Positions 10,447 through 21,149 of a DNA stretch of 64,000 nucleotides are shown in pieces. Position 1 is the first letter of the stretch, and each line of letters begins with the position of its first letter. Source of the stretch: an uncultured Verrucomicrobiae bacterium (GTDB taxonomy: Bacteria > Verrucomicrobiota > Verrucomicrobiia > Chthoniobacterales > JAFAMB01); contig CAWEXO010000016.1 of NCBI GenBank assembly GCA_963813025.1, positions 1-64,000 on the forward strand, read 5' to 3'. A program made the position numbers and the translations under genes. Under the pieces are notes generated by a model, which saw nothing but the letters and a program-made list of their open reading frames with translations, was not told the origin of the DNA and did no database searches.

Positions 10447-10618
10447 CCAACCGGACCCCGCCAGTAGTTCAATAAAACGATCGTTTTCCCAACTCTCCGC
10501 AGACCACAGTTTTCCCCTCGAAAGCCGGCTTCTAGCGGTCCCAAAATACTCGTGTCGAAAAACAAAGTTCGATTTATCTAAACCGGATGAGTAAAGTGGA
10601 CTCCTCCGAAGGGCCAAA

Positions 10619-10845
10619 ATGAAGGCTGGCTACGCCCGCGTTAGCACGAAAGATCAAATCGTCGATCTCCAAGTCGACGCCCTCAAAAAAGCTGGTGCAC
10701 CAAGGTCTATACAGAAATCATGAGCGGCACACGCGCTGAGCGGCCAATCTTGGGCAAGCTATTGGAGAATCTCCGGACAGGAGACGTTCTTGTCGTCTGG
10801 AAGCTCGATCGCCTTGGCCGCTCGCTCAAACACCTGATCGAGGTA
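10619..10845 (+). pseudogene. Serine recombinase (resolvase/invertase) N-terminal fragment
   Basis: MKAGYARVSTKDQ...LQVDAL, frameshift, then SGTRAERP...GDVLVVWKLDRLGRSLKHL; truncated afterwards. Confidence 0.85.
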
Positions 10846-11103
10846 ACATGTCTACCTGGCAGAAGGCCTCTATGGCCAGGTGATCATGGTCTTTCCCGAT
10901 TTGGATGTTGCAGCGGTGACCGACTCGGTCAATTACAGCGATCGATTCGGGCCGGTAAAGCTCGAATCTCGCGATACGTTCCGATACTGCATTTCCGGGT
11001 ATTCTTTTCGGGTTATAATCATCCGCTCCAAATAGTTCAATAGCGAGCTGGGATCGCAGTTGAAAAACTTCAGTTCAGCCGTAGGGGTCGCGGCGATTTG
11101 ACT

Positions 11104-11128
11104 TATACATGTACAGGGTATATGTATA
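11104..11128. promoter_or_regulatory. CsoR-type operator TATACATGTAC-AGG-GTATATGTATA
   Basis: Near-perfect inverted repeat with a G-tract centre, immediately upstream of csoR. Confidence 0.7.
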
Positions 11129-11133
11129 CTGGT

Positions 11134-11424
11134 ATGAACGATCAAGGTCGTGAAAAGGTCCTTGGCCGAGTCAAACGTATCGCTGGTCAAATTGCCGGTG
11201 TTCAGCGGATGATTGAGCAAGACCGTTACTGCGTGGATGTACTCAATCAGATTTCTGCCATTCGATCTGCCTTGGACGCGCTGGGCGTGCAGTTGCTAAC
11301 CAATCATCTAGAAACGTGTGTTGTTGGAATGGACAAAGGCACTGCACATCCGAAGGCTAAACCGATGAAGCCCGAGGCACTCGTCGCTGAGGTTCACAAC
11401 GTCCTATCGCGGTTCCTGCGTTAA
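11134..11424 (+). CDS. csoR: Copper-sensing repressor, CsoR family
   Basis: RVKRIAGQIAGVQRMIEQDRYCVDVLNQI...NHLETCV (Cys...His-x3-Cys ligands). Confidence 0.9.
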   Translation: MNDQGREKVLGRVKRIAGQIAGVQRMIEQDRYCVDVLNQISAIRSALDALGVQLLTNHLETCVVGMDKGTAHPKAKPMKPEALVAEVHNVLSRFLR

Positions 11425-11435
11425 CGGAGTTAATC

Positions 11436-13835
11436 ATGAACACCCCGTCAACTATATCTAAAACCAGAGATCCAGTTTGCGGCATGGAAATCCAGGTGGG
11501 TTCCGCTGCCGCAACGCGCAACTACGAAGGAGGAACCTTCTGTTTTTGCTCACTAGATTGCGCTCAGACGTTCGACACGGATCCTGCAAGATATGCTCGC
11601 CAGACTTTAGAGGAAAACCACTACAGATCTGATTTCGTCTCTAGCGAGCCGGCAGACGGTCCCAAGGGCGGCACAAGGCTCGAACGCAATCCGGCCGACC
11701 GGTCGCCAACCAATAGCACGATTTACACTTGCCCGATGCATCCTCAGATCGAGCAGGACCATCCCGGCGATTGCCCAATCTGCGGAATGCCGCTTGAACC
11801 TAAGGATGGAGCACCCGAGGAGCACGCAGAGGATCGTGAGGTCAAATCTCTCGCATCAAAATTCTGGCTGGGCGTAATACTTACAGTCCCACTGCTTTTC
11901 CTGTCGCTTGGAAACGATGCTCCCGAGTCTAAGCATAGATCATTTGGTGCCAGTCACGGTCAACAAGTGGATTCAGCTTATTCTGGCAACAGTGATCGTA
12001 TTCTGGTGCGGCGGTATCTTCTTTGTGCGTGCGTGGCGCTCGGTTGTCAATCGGAGCCTCAACATGTTTACCTTGATCGGCGTTGGCGTGGGTGCCGCTT
12101 ATCTTTACAGCGCAATCGCGACGGCCTTTCCGAGCATTTTCCCGAACTCCTTTAAACATAACGAGGAAATTGACCTTTACTTTGAGGCCGCGGCGGTAGT
12201 CACGGTGCTTGTCCTGCTTGGTCAATGGCTCGAGGCTCGGGCGCGCAGCCAGACAGGTAAGGCAATTCAGTCTTTGCTGGGATTGGCCCCAAAGACGGCC
12301 CATCGCCTGACAACTGCAGGCGACGAGGAAGAGGTCCCTGTCGATTCTTTGCAGCCGGACGATCTGGTCCGAGTGCGTCCGGGTGAAAAGATTCCCATCG
12401 ACGGAGCGATTACGGAAGGATCAAGCTCACTCGACGAATCAATGATTACAGGTGAACCGATGCCGGTTGAAAAAGCTACAGGCGACAAGGTGATCGGCGC
12501 GACGGTGAACCAAACAGGCAGTTTTGTAATGCGAGCCGAGAAAGTTGGGTCGGAAACCGTGCTATCGCAAATCGTCCACATGGTTGCGGAAGCACAACGC
12601 AGCAGGGCCCCATTCAAAAGGTCGCTGATCAAGTCTCTGGATACTTTGTTCCAGCCGTAATCGGTGTGGCACTTTTGACAGCGTTGATCTGGGCTGTTTG
12701 GGGTCCTCCTCCCGCGCTTGCGTTTGCGGTGGTGAATGCTGTCGCCGTACTGATCCTCGCCTGTCCATGTGCGCTAGGCCTTGCTACCCCTATGTCAATC
12801 ATGGTCGGAGTCGGTCGCGGGGCGCAGCTTGGCGTTCTGGTCAAGAATGCTGAGGCTATCGAAACAGCCGAGAAAGTTACCTATCTAATTGTCGACAAGA
12901 CCGGCACACTGACTGCTGGTAGACCCGAAGTTACCGATCTGGTCGCTTCTGCTGGATTCGAGGAAAGTGAGATGCTTTCTATCGCAGCAGCGGTCGAGTC
13001 TCAAAGCGAACATCCCTTGGCCAGAGCCGTAGTTTCGGCGGCGAGCGGAAAAGGCATTCGCCAGAGAAAAGCCGAAGATTTCCTCTCGGTTACCGGAGCC
13101 GGCCTGAAAGCAAAGGTCGATGGAAGCAACGTGCTGGTCGGGAAGCAAGCATTTTTGCTCGATAACGGCATTACCATTTCGAGCGAACTGACAGCTCGCG
13201 CGGCCCAACTTAGCGCCCAGGCGCGAAGTCTGGTCTGGGTGGCGAGCGATGGCGTTACGGTCGGCCTCATCGGGATAGCTGATCCTATCAAAGAGACTAC
13301 TCCCAGTGCGATTCAGCCCCTCCATGACATGGGCGTCAAAGTCGTGATGGCGACAGGTGATAATCCACAGACGGCGAAAGCGGTCGCAGAGCGACTGGAC
13401 ATTGATGAGGTTCGAGCCGGCCTAAATCCGCAAGACAAACAACGGCTAGTGAAGGAGTTGAAAGCAAGAGGCGCCAAGGTTGCCATGGCGGGTGACGGAA
13501 TTAACGATGCTCCGGCACTGGCTGCGGCGGACGTTGGTATCGCAATGGGAACCGGCACTGATGTAGCGATTCAAAGCGCAGGGCTGACGCTGGTGAAGGG
13601 TGATTTGAATGGAGTAGCAAAGGCCTTACAGCTGAGCAAATCTGTTATGCGCAATATCCGCCAGAACCTGTTCTTTGCGTTTATCTATAACCTGATCGGC
13701 GTCCCAATCGCGGCGGGGATCCTTTATCCGTTCTTGGGCCTTTTGCTGAACCCGATCATTGCGGGCGCTGCGATGAGCTTCAGTTCGCTATCGGTCGTCG
13801 GCAATGCCCTACGCCTTCGGTCGGCAGTCAAATAA
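11436..13835 (+). CDS. copA: Cu(I)-translocating P1B-1 ATPase with N-terminal YHS and CPMHP metal-binding domains (two apparent frameshifts, about 11910 and 12615)
   Basis: [58 protein letters not shown]. Confidence 0.9.
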
Positions 13836-14181
13836 CCGACTGCTTAGCCGGTTGCGCAGTCCGGTCGTAGTGGCGCGGCTTTGCCGCTCTTACGACTTTG
13901 TGGAGCAGTGACTAACGGTTGGAACAGCCTTATTCGCTGGGGAGGGCAAACTTAAGGCGGGACCCGCATCACTTAGTCAGTCAATTCGCACTGAGGTAGA
14001 AATCTCTGACGCTGACCTGTTTTAGGTTACTATCGCGTTTAACCAAGGGTTTGGATCTCACCAAGAGTTATGAAGGACAATAAATCAGTGCGCAGCTCGG
14101 CGGCTCGCATACTAACGCTGGTATTCGATTCCGGACATGGGACTGTGATAACCCACCGAAATTTCGCGGGCCGAAACTAGC

Positions 14182-14345
14182 TGTCTTAGGCACGACGTAA
14201 TCTGTCAAACGTGGTTAAGAAAGATTGCCAAACACGGGAAAGTCAGATGAACGTCGCAAGCGAACAGAAAGCCATAAAGAACAAGGTGGGACTGCTACCG
14301 CTAGCCGAGCAGCTCCAAAGTGTGTCGAAGGCCTGTAAGGTCAAG
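14182..14345 (+). mobile_element. IS481-family left end and first about 30 codons of the transposase (remnant)
   Basis: TGT-starting end TGTCTTAGGCACGACGTAATCTGTC followed by MNVASEQKAIKNKVGLLPLAEQLQSVSKACKV. Confidence 0.6.
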
Positions 14346-14758
14346 TGCTCAATCAGCCCGGCGCGATCGATCGGGACCGCTTCAAGAGCTTCCCGCTGCA
14401 AGGATGAAAGAAGTTCACGCAGCGCCATTCGAGAGCCTACCTCTTGCCGGCAGCAGCCGCGCCGCTTGTCCGCGCAAGAAGCCGGGAGATCGCGGGATGA
14501 ACATTGAAAAGCCGAGCTGCATCCGCCGCGGTCTTCTTACGTTGCGTGACCATCTTCACCAAACCGATGCAAAAGATTTGACCGGGTCGAATCGAGAACG
14601 GCGACTACCGATAAATCTCGTGCAGCCAACTCTCCGTGACTCATTGGCCCCAAGTCGCCAATCATGAGCCTATGCGCATTGGCCCCGCCTATGACGAGCC
14701 ACTCTTTCACCGAGAAAAATTTGAATGCTCGGCAAGCGAAGCAGCATCTACATTCAGT

Positions 14759-15208
14759 ATGCAAAAGTCGCGTCTAATCACAGATAGGAAATCTGTTTTT
14801 CGAATGCTCGTCGCCTTTGAACTGATCGTCCTGGCGCCATCGCTATACGCTCAGCAAAATAAGGCTGGGTCCGATTCACCTCAGGCCGCCTGGTCCAATA
14901 TCCAGCAGCTTGTAAAAGACATGGAAACGGCTGTTCAATCCAAGAACCTACACGGGATCCACGAGCCGAGCATGAAGATAAGGACTCCGATAAAAACGCT
15001 GAAGCAACACAGCAGCATGCTAAGCGGAGACAAAGGTCAAAAGATCGTCGCAGCTTTGAAGCAATTAGACACTTCAGTTACAGACCTGCATAGCGCGTCC
15101 GATGAAGGCAGCCAGGCAGACGCCGAAACTGCCCTTAAAGCCGTCGAAAGCGCTCTTGACCAGCTGAAGGCCCAAGACCCTGAAACAGCTTTCAAAAGTA
15201 TGCATTGA
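14759..15208 (+). CDS. Secreted alpha-helical hypothetical protein (His/Met-containing)
   Basis: Signal-like LIVLAPSLYA-QQ followed by amphipathic helices with HGIHEPSM and DLH; lies between copper operons. Confidence 0.6.
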   Translation: MQKSRLITDRKSVFRMLVAFELIVLAPSLYAQQNKAGSDSPQAAWSNIQQLVKDMETAVQSKNLHGIHEPSMKIRTPIKTLKQHSSMLSGDKGQKIVAALKQLDTSVTDLHSASDEGSQADAETALKAVESALDQLKAQDPETAFKSMH

Positions 15209-15314
15209 TGCTAACCTGCGTCGATTGCTGGCCTCGCTTGAGAACCAAATCCGGATGGCCGGACTTTTTCATTGAGAAAAAAGTCTTTATCGGCGAAGAA
15301 TGGAGGGTCGGTCT

Positions 15315-15746
15315 ATGACCTGGTTGGGAAAAGCAGGATGTTTTAGCGCGACAGTCGCTGTGGTGACTGTTCTCGCGTGGTTTACCGGTACGAATCATTG
15401 CTTATTGGGCCTCATGGAACGGCCTCAGAACGCGGGTTGTCTGGTGTCACATTGCCCAGAACACGCCAAAAAATCTGGTGATGCCGGCCATAGTCCGTCG
15501 GGGATGTTGGCTTGTTGTCAAGGACTCCAAAGCGCCAATTTCGAAGTGGCGAAAGCAAAGATCGCTTTTAGTCCTGTCTTGGTTGCGATTCAGCTCTTCG
15601 CTGTCAGACATTTATTTTTGCCAGAAGCTCCCAAAAGCATTCTGCTGAATATGGAGTACGACACCGGACCTCCGGCGTCTAGCTCCTTTGTCGCAACTGT
15701 TCTAAAGCGTTCTTTGCGTGAGAATGCACCTCCGCTCGTCTCTTAG
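15315..15746 (+). CDS. Cys/His-rich membrane-anchored leader protein (DUF2946/CruR-like) ending ...RENAPPLVS
   Basis: RBS GGAGGG; N-terminal hydrophobic segment, NHC, HCPEH, ACCQ, TGPP, terminal NAPP; first gene of the copper operon. Confidence 0.65.
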   Translation: MTWLGKAGCFSATVAVVTVLAWFTGTNHCLLGLMERPQNAGCLVSHCPEHAKKSGDAGHSPSGMLACCQGLQSANFEVAKAKIAFSPVLVAIQLFAVRHLFLPEAPKSILLNMEYDTGPPASSSFVATVLKRSLRENAPPLVS

Positions 15747-15922
15747 AGACGGCTAGCCCCGAACCCCAAAATCCTGCGGGGACGGCTTTCGGGGATGCTC
15801 ACCGCCGTCCGCCCAGGCACACCTAGACTGGGCTCCGAGTTGTCCACGCTCGAGTTCTGTTCCGCGACCCGGCTGCTGCACAATTCTTCAAAGCAAGTGA
15901 TCCAGAAACTTCGATTTTCACG

Positions 15923-16432
15923 ATGACCGAATCAGAACTTCTCAAGAAACCCGAATACATCCACGTCGTACTGAATCACTTGCCAATTTACGACACGATA
16001 TTGGCAGCCTTGGCCCTGGCTATCTCATTAATCTTACGAAGCCGAGCTGCACAGATTACGGCCCTTATCCTCACGCTCATCGCTGGGGCTTCAGCGTACC
16101 CGGTCTTTGTGACCGGCCAGAGGGCGTACAAAACAATCCGCAACCAGAGCGACGATGCCGGGGCCGATTGGCTCGATGAGCACATGGATCGAGCTGAAAA
16201 GACAATTGGCGCTTTCTATTTTTTGGCGGCACTCGGTGTAGCCGGTCTACTCCTGCCGATAAAATGGCCGAAATCTGCTTTTCCATTAGCGGTCTTGACT
16301 CTGGTAACAGCAATTCTCTGTTCCGGGATCGCGGTCTATATCGCCCAGCCAGGCGGTCGAGTACGGCATCCAGAATTTCGGCCGAATGAAACCCCAAGTC
16401 CGGCTTCTGAAACCGATCACCACGACAAATAA
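15923..16432 (+). CDS. DUF2231-like four-TM membrane protein
   Basis: HVVLNHLP, TG, EH, GGRVRHPE motifs and hydrophobic helices. Confidence 0.65.
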   Translation: MTESELLKKPEYIHVVLNHLPIYDTILAALALAISLILRSRAAQITALILTLIAGASAYPVFVTGQRAYKTIRNQSDDAGADWLDEHMDRAEKTIGAFYFLAALGVAGLLLPIKWPKSAFPLAVLTLVTAILCSGIAVYIAQPGGRVRHPEFRPNETPSPASETDHHDK

Positions 16433-16825
16433 TGAATCGATATTCCATACCGATAGTCGCTTTGGGCCTCTTAGCAGGCTGTGCAACGGCTCCTCCACCT
16501 GCCGCTGAGAGCTGATAACCCGGCAAATCCATCGGCGCCGGAAGCTACTATACGGCCGCTTCGTAACGCCCTGGGTGTCGACGATCTTACAAAGAAAAGT
16601 CGCCAGATCCTCGCGCAAGCTGCCAAACAGCAGCAGCAATGGGACCAGAGCGGTCCGGTTTCCGGCGATCAGCAGGGCCAGCAAATGCAGAATATGCCCG
16701 GCATGCAAATGCCCCAGCAGCAGGCGTCGCCGACTCCGACGCCGCAACCGCACCAAATGGATCAAATGCCTGGCATGAAGATGCCCCAGGAACAATCCCA
16801 ACCATCACCAACTCCCAATAATTAA
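16432..16825 (+). CDS. Lipoprotein with Gln/Met/Pro-rich tail (indel at about 16500)
   Basis: ATG overlaps the upstream TAA; MNRYSIPIVALGLLAGC lipobox; continues in a shifted frame as DNPANPSAPEA...QMQNMPGMQMPQ...HQMDQMPGMKM. Confidence 0.7.
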
Positions 16826-16831
16826 TAGCAC

Positions 16832-18262
16832 ATGACGATTACAAGGTTTGTGGCCTGTTCATCAATTTTGGCGGCGACATTGCCGGCCGGTTCTGCCCGC
16901 GAGAAAGAGGAGGCGTTCCAAGGTGTCCAGCAATCGGTTCAGGAACGCAGCGGAAAAACTGTTCGTTGGGAAGAGGATCAGGCGGCACATGAGCAAGCTC
17001 TGCAAGAGGTGCGCCAGCTTCTTCGCAAGCCTTTGACAGTCGACACCGCCGTTCAGATTGCGCTGTTAAACAATCGATCGCTGCAGGCGACTTTCGAGGA
17101 AATTGGCCTTTCGACCGCTGACCTTATAGAAGCCGCTACAATCCCCAATCCGAGGTTCGATTTAGCGATAAGATTTCCGGACAAGCCGCCCTCCGGTACC
17201 TACATCGACTATGGTGCGGCCATCGACTTTTTAAGCATCATCATGATTCCGCTGAAAAAGCGGGTCGCAAAAGATCAGCTGGAAGCTGCGGCTCTTCGTG
17301 TAGCCGATGCAACTCTCGAACTGGTTTTGCAGGTCAAAAGCGCCTTCTATTCTCTGCAAGCGTCTCAGCAGCTCCTGACGCGGTTTAAGTTGGTAGTAGA
17401 TACTAACGCCGCTTCGCTGGATCTCGCCCAGCGACAGCACGAAGCTGGGAATATCACAGACTTGGCGCTGGCTCGGCAGCAAGCAAGCTACAGCCGTTCC
17501 CGGCTGGATGGTGCCTCAACGGAGGCCGAAATCCGGCGAAATCGTGAGAAATTCAATCGCCTGCTCGGATTGTGGGGCGCGGATACTGACTGGCAAATCG
17601 CCGGTGAACTGCGCGAGGTGCCGAGTTCAGACGTTCCCATGAGAGCGCTCGAACGCTTGGCAATATCCCAACGGTTGGACTTACAGGCAGACTACCTCCA
17701 GGTCACAAGCCAGGTGAAGAATCTTGGACTGACTAAAAGCTTTCGACTCCTGGGCGCGTTGGATTTCGGGGTCAATAGCGAACGGGAAACAGATTCGCAA
17801 ACAAGGACTGGTCCGACATTCGCAATCGAGTTGCCGATTTTCAATCAAGGGCAGGCGCGGATCGCCAGGGGTGAAGCGGCTTTACGGCAGGTACAGGATA
17901 AGTTTGAAGCATTGGCAGTTGACGTTCGCTCTCAGATAAGAGAGCTGCGGGACGAGCTCACGAGCAAAAGGGAGATCGCTCTTTTCTATCAAGACGAGCT
18001 TTTGCCCGGCCAGCGTCGAATCCTCAACGAGAGTCTCATTCAATATAACGCAATGGAGATTGGGAATTTTGAGCTCTTTAGCACAAAAGCCGAAGAAGCG
18101 CGTACCGAGCGCGAATACCTCGATGCCGTCAGAGATTACTGGATTACACGAGCGGAACTCGAACGAGCTGTCGGCGGCAATTTGAGTCCGCGCCAGCTGG
18201 CAGACGGCAAATCCCAACCTGTTTTAAATCCAAAGGCTGCCAAGGCAGCCAAAAATAATTAA
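16832..18262 (+). CDS. TolC-family outer membrane protein (copper-resistance associated)
   Basis: AVQIALLNNRSLQA, ELPIFNQGQ, YNAM, DYWITRAELERAVGG. Confidence 0.9.
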   Translation: MTITRFVACSSILAATLPAGSAREKEEAFQGVQQSVQERSGKTVRWEEDQAAHEQALQEVRQLLRKPLTVDTAVQIALLNNRSLQATFEEIGLSTADLIEAATIPNPRFDLAIRFPDKPPSGTYIDYGAAIDFLSIIMIPLKKRVAKDQLEAAALRVADATLELVLQVKSAFYSLQASQQLLTRFKLVVDTNAASLDLAQRQHEAGNITDLALARQQASYSRSRLDGASTEAEIRRNREKFNRLLGLWGADTDWQIAGELREVPSSDVPMRALERLAISQRLDLQADYLQVTSQVKNLGLTKSFRLLGALDFGVNSERETDSQTRTGPTFAIELPIFNQGQARIARGEAALRQVQDKFEALAVDVRSQIRELRDELTSKREIALFYQDELLPGQRRILNESLIQYNAMEIGNFELFSTKAEEARTEREYLDAVRDYWITRAELERAVGGNLSPRQLADGKSQPVLNPKAAKAAKNN

Positions 18263-18279
18263 CCAATAAGGAAAAAGTT

Positions 18280-19703
18280 ATGATCACTCGCCGCAAGTTC
18301 TTCTCTGACGCAGTTGTTACTGCAGGCGCTGCTGCGCTCGGCGCTACTACCCGTTCAGTACAAGGAGCGGAGCCTGCTAGACAACCGCTCGAAAATCCTG
18401 AGAAAATCAAGGGAAACGCTCAATCTGATCAGCAGGACTATCCTCCGGGTGAACCCGGCAAAGATTATACTCCAGTCATCACACCGAACGGGTCTACGCT
18501 GCCCTTATAAAATGGTGGGAGGCATCAAAGTATTCCATCTAATCGCTGAAGAAGTTGATCACGAATTCGCGCCAGGACTTCGCGCTCATTGCTGGGGTTT
18601 CAATGGCCAGGTTCATGGCCCAACCATTGAGGCTGTGGAGGGGGATCGGGTGCGCATTTACGTGACGAACAAGCTTCCGGAAAATACCAGTATTCACTGG
18701 CACGGTGTGCTTGTGCCATCGGGTATGGATGGAGTGGCGGGGACTTAGTCAGAAGACTATCGAGCTTGGCGAGACCTACAAATACGAGTTTCAGCTCAGG
18801 CAGCACGGAACATACATGTACCACTCTCATTCCGACGATATGGTCCAGATAGCACTTGGGATGATGGGGATGTTTATCATTCATCCGCGAACCCCAACCG
18901 GTCCGAAGGCGGACCGAGACTTCGTTCTCATGTCAAGCGAGTGGAGGATCGACGTGGGCTCAATGCGGCCCGTTCCGACTGAAATGACCGACTTCAATGT
19001 CCTCACGTTTAATGGTCGGGCGTTTCCGGGTACTGCCCCGTTAGTGGCAAAATACGGTGATCGGGTCAGAATCCGGTTCGGGAATTTAAGCCCCATGGAA
19101 CATCATCCGATCCATCTTCATGGGTTCTACTGGAAGATCACTGAAATGGACGGTTTACAAATCCCAGAGTCAGCGCAGCAGCCCGGGAACACGGTCCTGG
19201 TCGCCGTCGGCCAAACCCGGACCGTGGAATTTATTGCGGACAATCCCGGCGATTGGGCGATGCACTGCCATATGACCCACCACACAATGAACCAAATGGG
19301 GCATAACGCACCAAATCTCATCGGGGTACGCCCAGGCAAGCTCGACAAAAGAGTAAGCAAATTACTCCCCGGTTATATGGCAATGGGCGAGAGCGGCATG
19401 GCTGGTATGGGCGAAATGGGCATGCCGGTCCCACGCAACAGTATTCCGATGGTCGGCGCGCCAGGTAAGCACGACTACATCGATATGGGTGGGATGTTCA
19501 CCATCGTGAAGGTCCGTGAAAACCTGACGAGTTATGATGACCCTGGCTGGTACGAGAATCCGCCAGGGACGTTGGCAAGCTTGGCCAGCAATGATGAGCT
19601 GCAGCGTGACTTAGGTAAAATTCCCGAAGCCGAACCAATGGATAACAACATGAAGATGGACCACATGAACATGGATCATATGGACATGAAGCACGGCGGT
19701 TAA
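18280..19703 (+). CDS. Tat-exported two-domain multicopper oxidase with Met/His-rich C-terminus (two apparent frameshifts)
   Basis: TRRKFF Tat motif; SIHWHG, YMYHSH, HPIHLHG, WAMHCHMTHH; tail MKMDHMNMDHMDMKH. Confidence 0.9.
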
Positions 19704-19939
19704 ATCCCGCCTTGCCTGTTTAGAACATCCTGACTCTGGATGGCGCTAATCAAGGCATTATCACCGTGCTCGCTCGAGCCAAAAGATGCACGCCTTTCGA
19801 CAAGACACGTGAAGACCTGGCGGTGTCAGAACGTTAACGTCGGGCAATCGAAAAGCAACGGCTTCATCTTATTCGCAACTAGGCAAGAAATGCACGGACC
19901 AGATGGCTGAATGGAGAAAGTGTTACAAACACAGGAACG

Positions 19940-20205
19940 AGCGGTTCCAAGCCCATCTCCGACCCTTCGCGCCGTTCTTCTGATCGTGGTCACCGCCGGA
20001 GCGGCAATTTGTTTTCCAGCGATCAAGCGGACTTGGCATTTAGTCCACCGCTAAAGTTTGCCGCTCTCAGGACATTGATCGCCGGGACTTGCGCTGCTTG
20101 CGGCGACAGCGCTGATGAGGCAGCGTCTCTGGGGGCCAAAACGATAGCTCGGTGGATTTTCCCTCTGGGGCTTATTGCAACGACGTTTACTTTTGGCTCC
20201 ATGGT
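19940..20205 (+). pseudogene. EamA/DMT transporter N-terminal fragment, cut by an IS3 remnant
   Basis: AICFPAIK..LAFSPPLKFAALRTLIAG...LGLIATTFTFGSM across frameshifts. Confidence 0.55.
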
Positions 20206-20206
20206 A

Positions 20207-21149
20207 CCTATGGAACCCCGCGGCTGCATGCAGAGCTTCGAGATCGAGGGCACAAGCACAGCCGGAAACGGATCGATCGGATTCGGCGCGAGCTCGGGCT
20301 GAGTGGCCGACCGAAGCGGCGTTACCGGCCTCAGACGACCGATAGCTTCCATGATGAACCGATCGCTCCTAACCGGCTTGCCCAGCTGCCTAAAGCCACC
20401 CGGCGCGATCAGATTTGGGTGAGCGATATCACCTACATCGCAACCGAGGAAGGCTGGTTGTATCTGGCCGTGATCATGGATCTGTACAGTCGGCGAATCA
20501 TCGGATGGGCCTTCGCGCATCACCTGGGTACCGAGCTGGTAGCCGCGGCCTTGGCGATGGCCCTGGTGCATCGCCGGCCCCGGAGGGACTGATCCATCAT
20601 TCCGATCGGGGCGTGCAGTATGCCAGCGCCGCTTACCGCCAGGTGCTCAAGGCGCACGGCGTGGTTGCCAGCATGAGTCGTAAGGGGTGCTGTGACGATA
20701 ACGCGGCGATGGAAGCGTTCTTTAGTACGCTTGGGAGTCGAGTGCGTCTACCGCAGCTCTTTTGCGACCCATCCAAGCGCTCAGCGCGAAATCTTCTGCT
20801 TTATCGAAACCTTTTACAACCGTCGGCGGCGGCACAGTGCGCTCTCGTTATCTGGCCCCGGCGGAGTTCGAAAACCTGGCAAACTAACCTTGTGACAACG
20901 TACCAAAAGGCTGCTTTGGAGAAGCACTTTTCCAACGGAAAAGTGACAGTAACCTTCTTCAGAACGTGGAGCGAAGGTCAAGAGGCAAACGGAATAAATA
21001 GAAGGGACCCGCGCACAGCGCGGGAAGTACTCTGTTTATGCCGGATTGGCTCTTGACCGCAGCGGAACGTTCTGGCAACTAACCAAACAAGTAACCGTCA
21101 ATAGAGAAATCAGCCCAAAATTAGTGTCCGGAAAATCGGGGCAAGCGCA
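20207..21149 (+). mobile_element. IS3-family element, 5'-truncated OrfB (DDE) with frameshifts and right end
   Basis: YGTPRL...[60 protein letters not shown]; end GTGTCCGGAAAATCGGGGCAAGCGCA terminating in CA. Confidence 0.85.

Noticed and set aside
5355..19703. Programmed frameshifting or mass pseudogenisation of arsC, DUF1259, copA, the lipoprotein and the MCO
   Set aside because: The breaks are single-base indels, mostly at short homopolymers, with otherwise intact motifs and no slippery heptamers noticed; consistent with long-read error.
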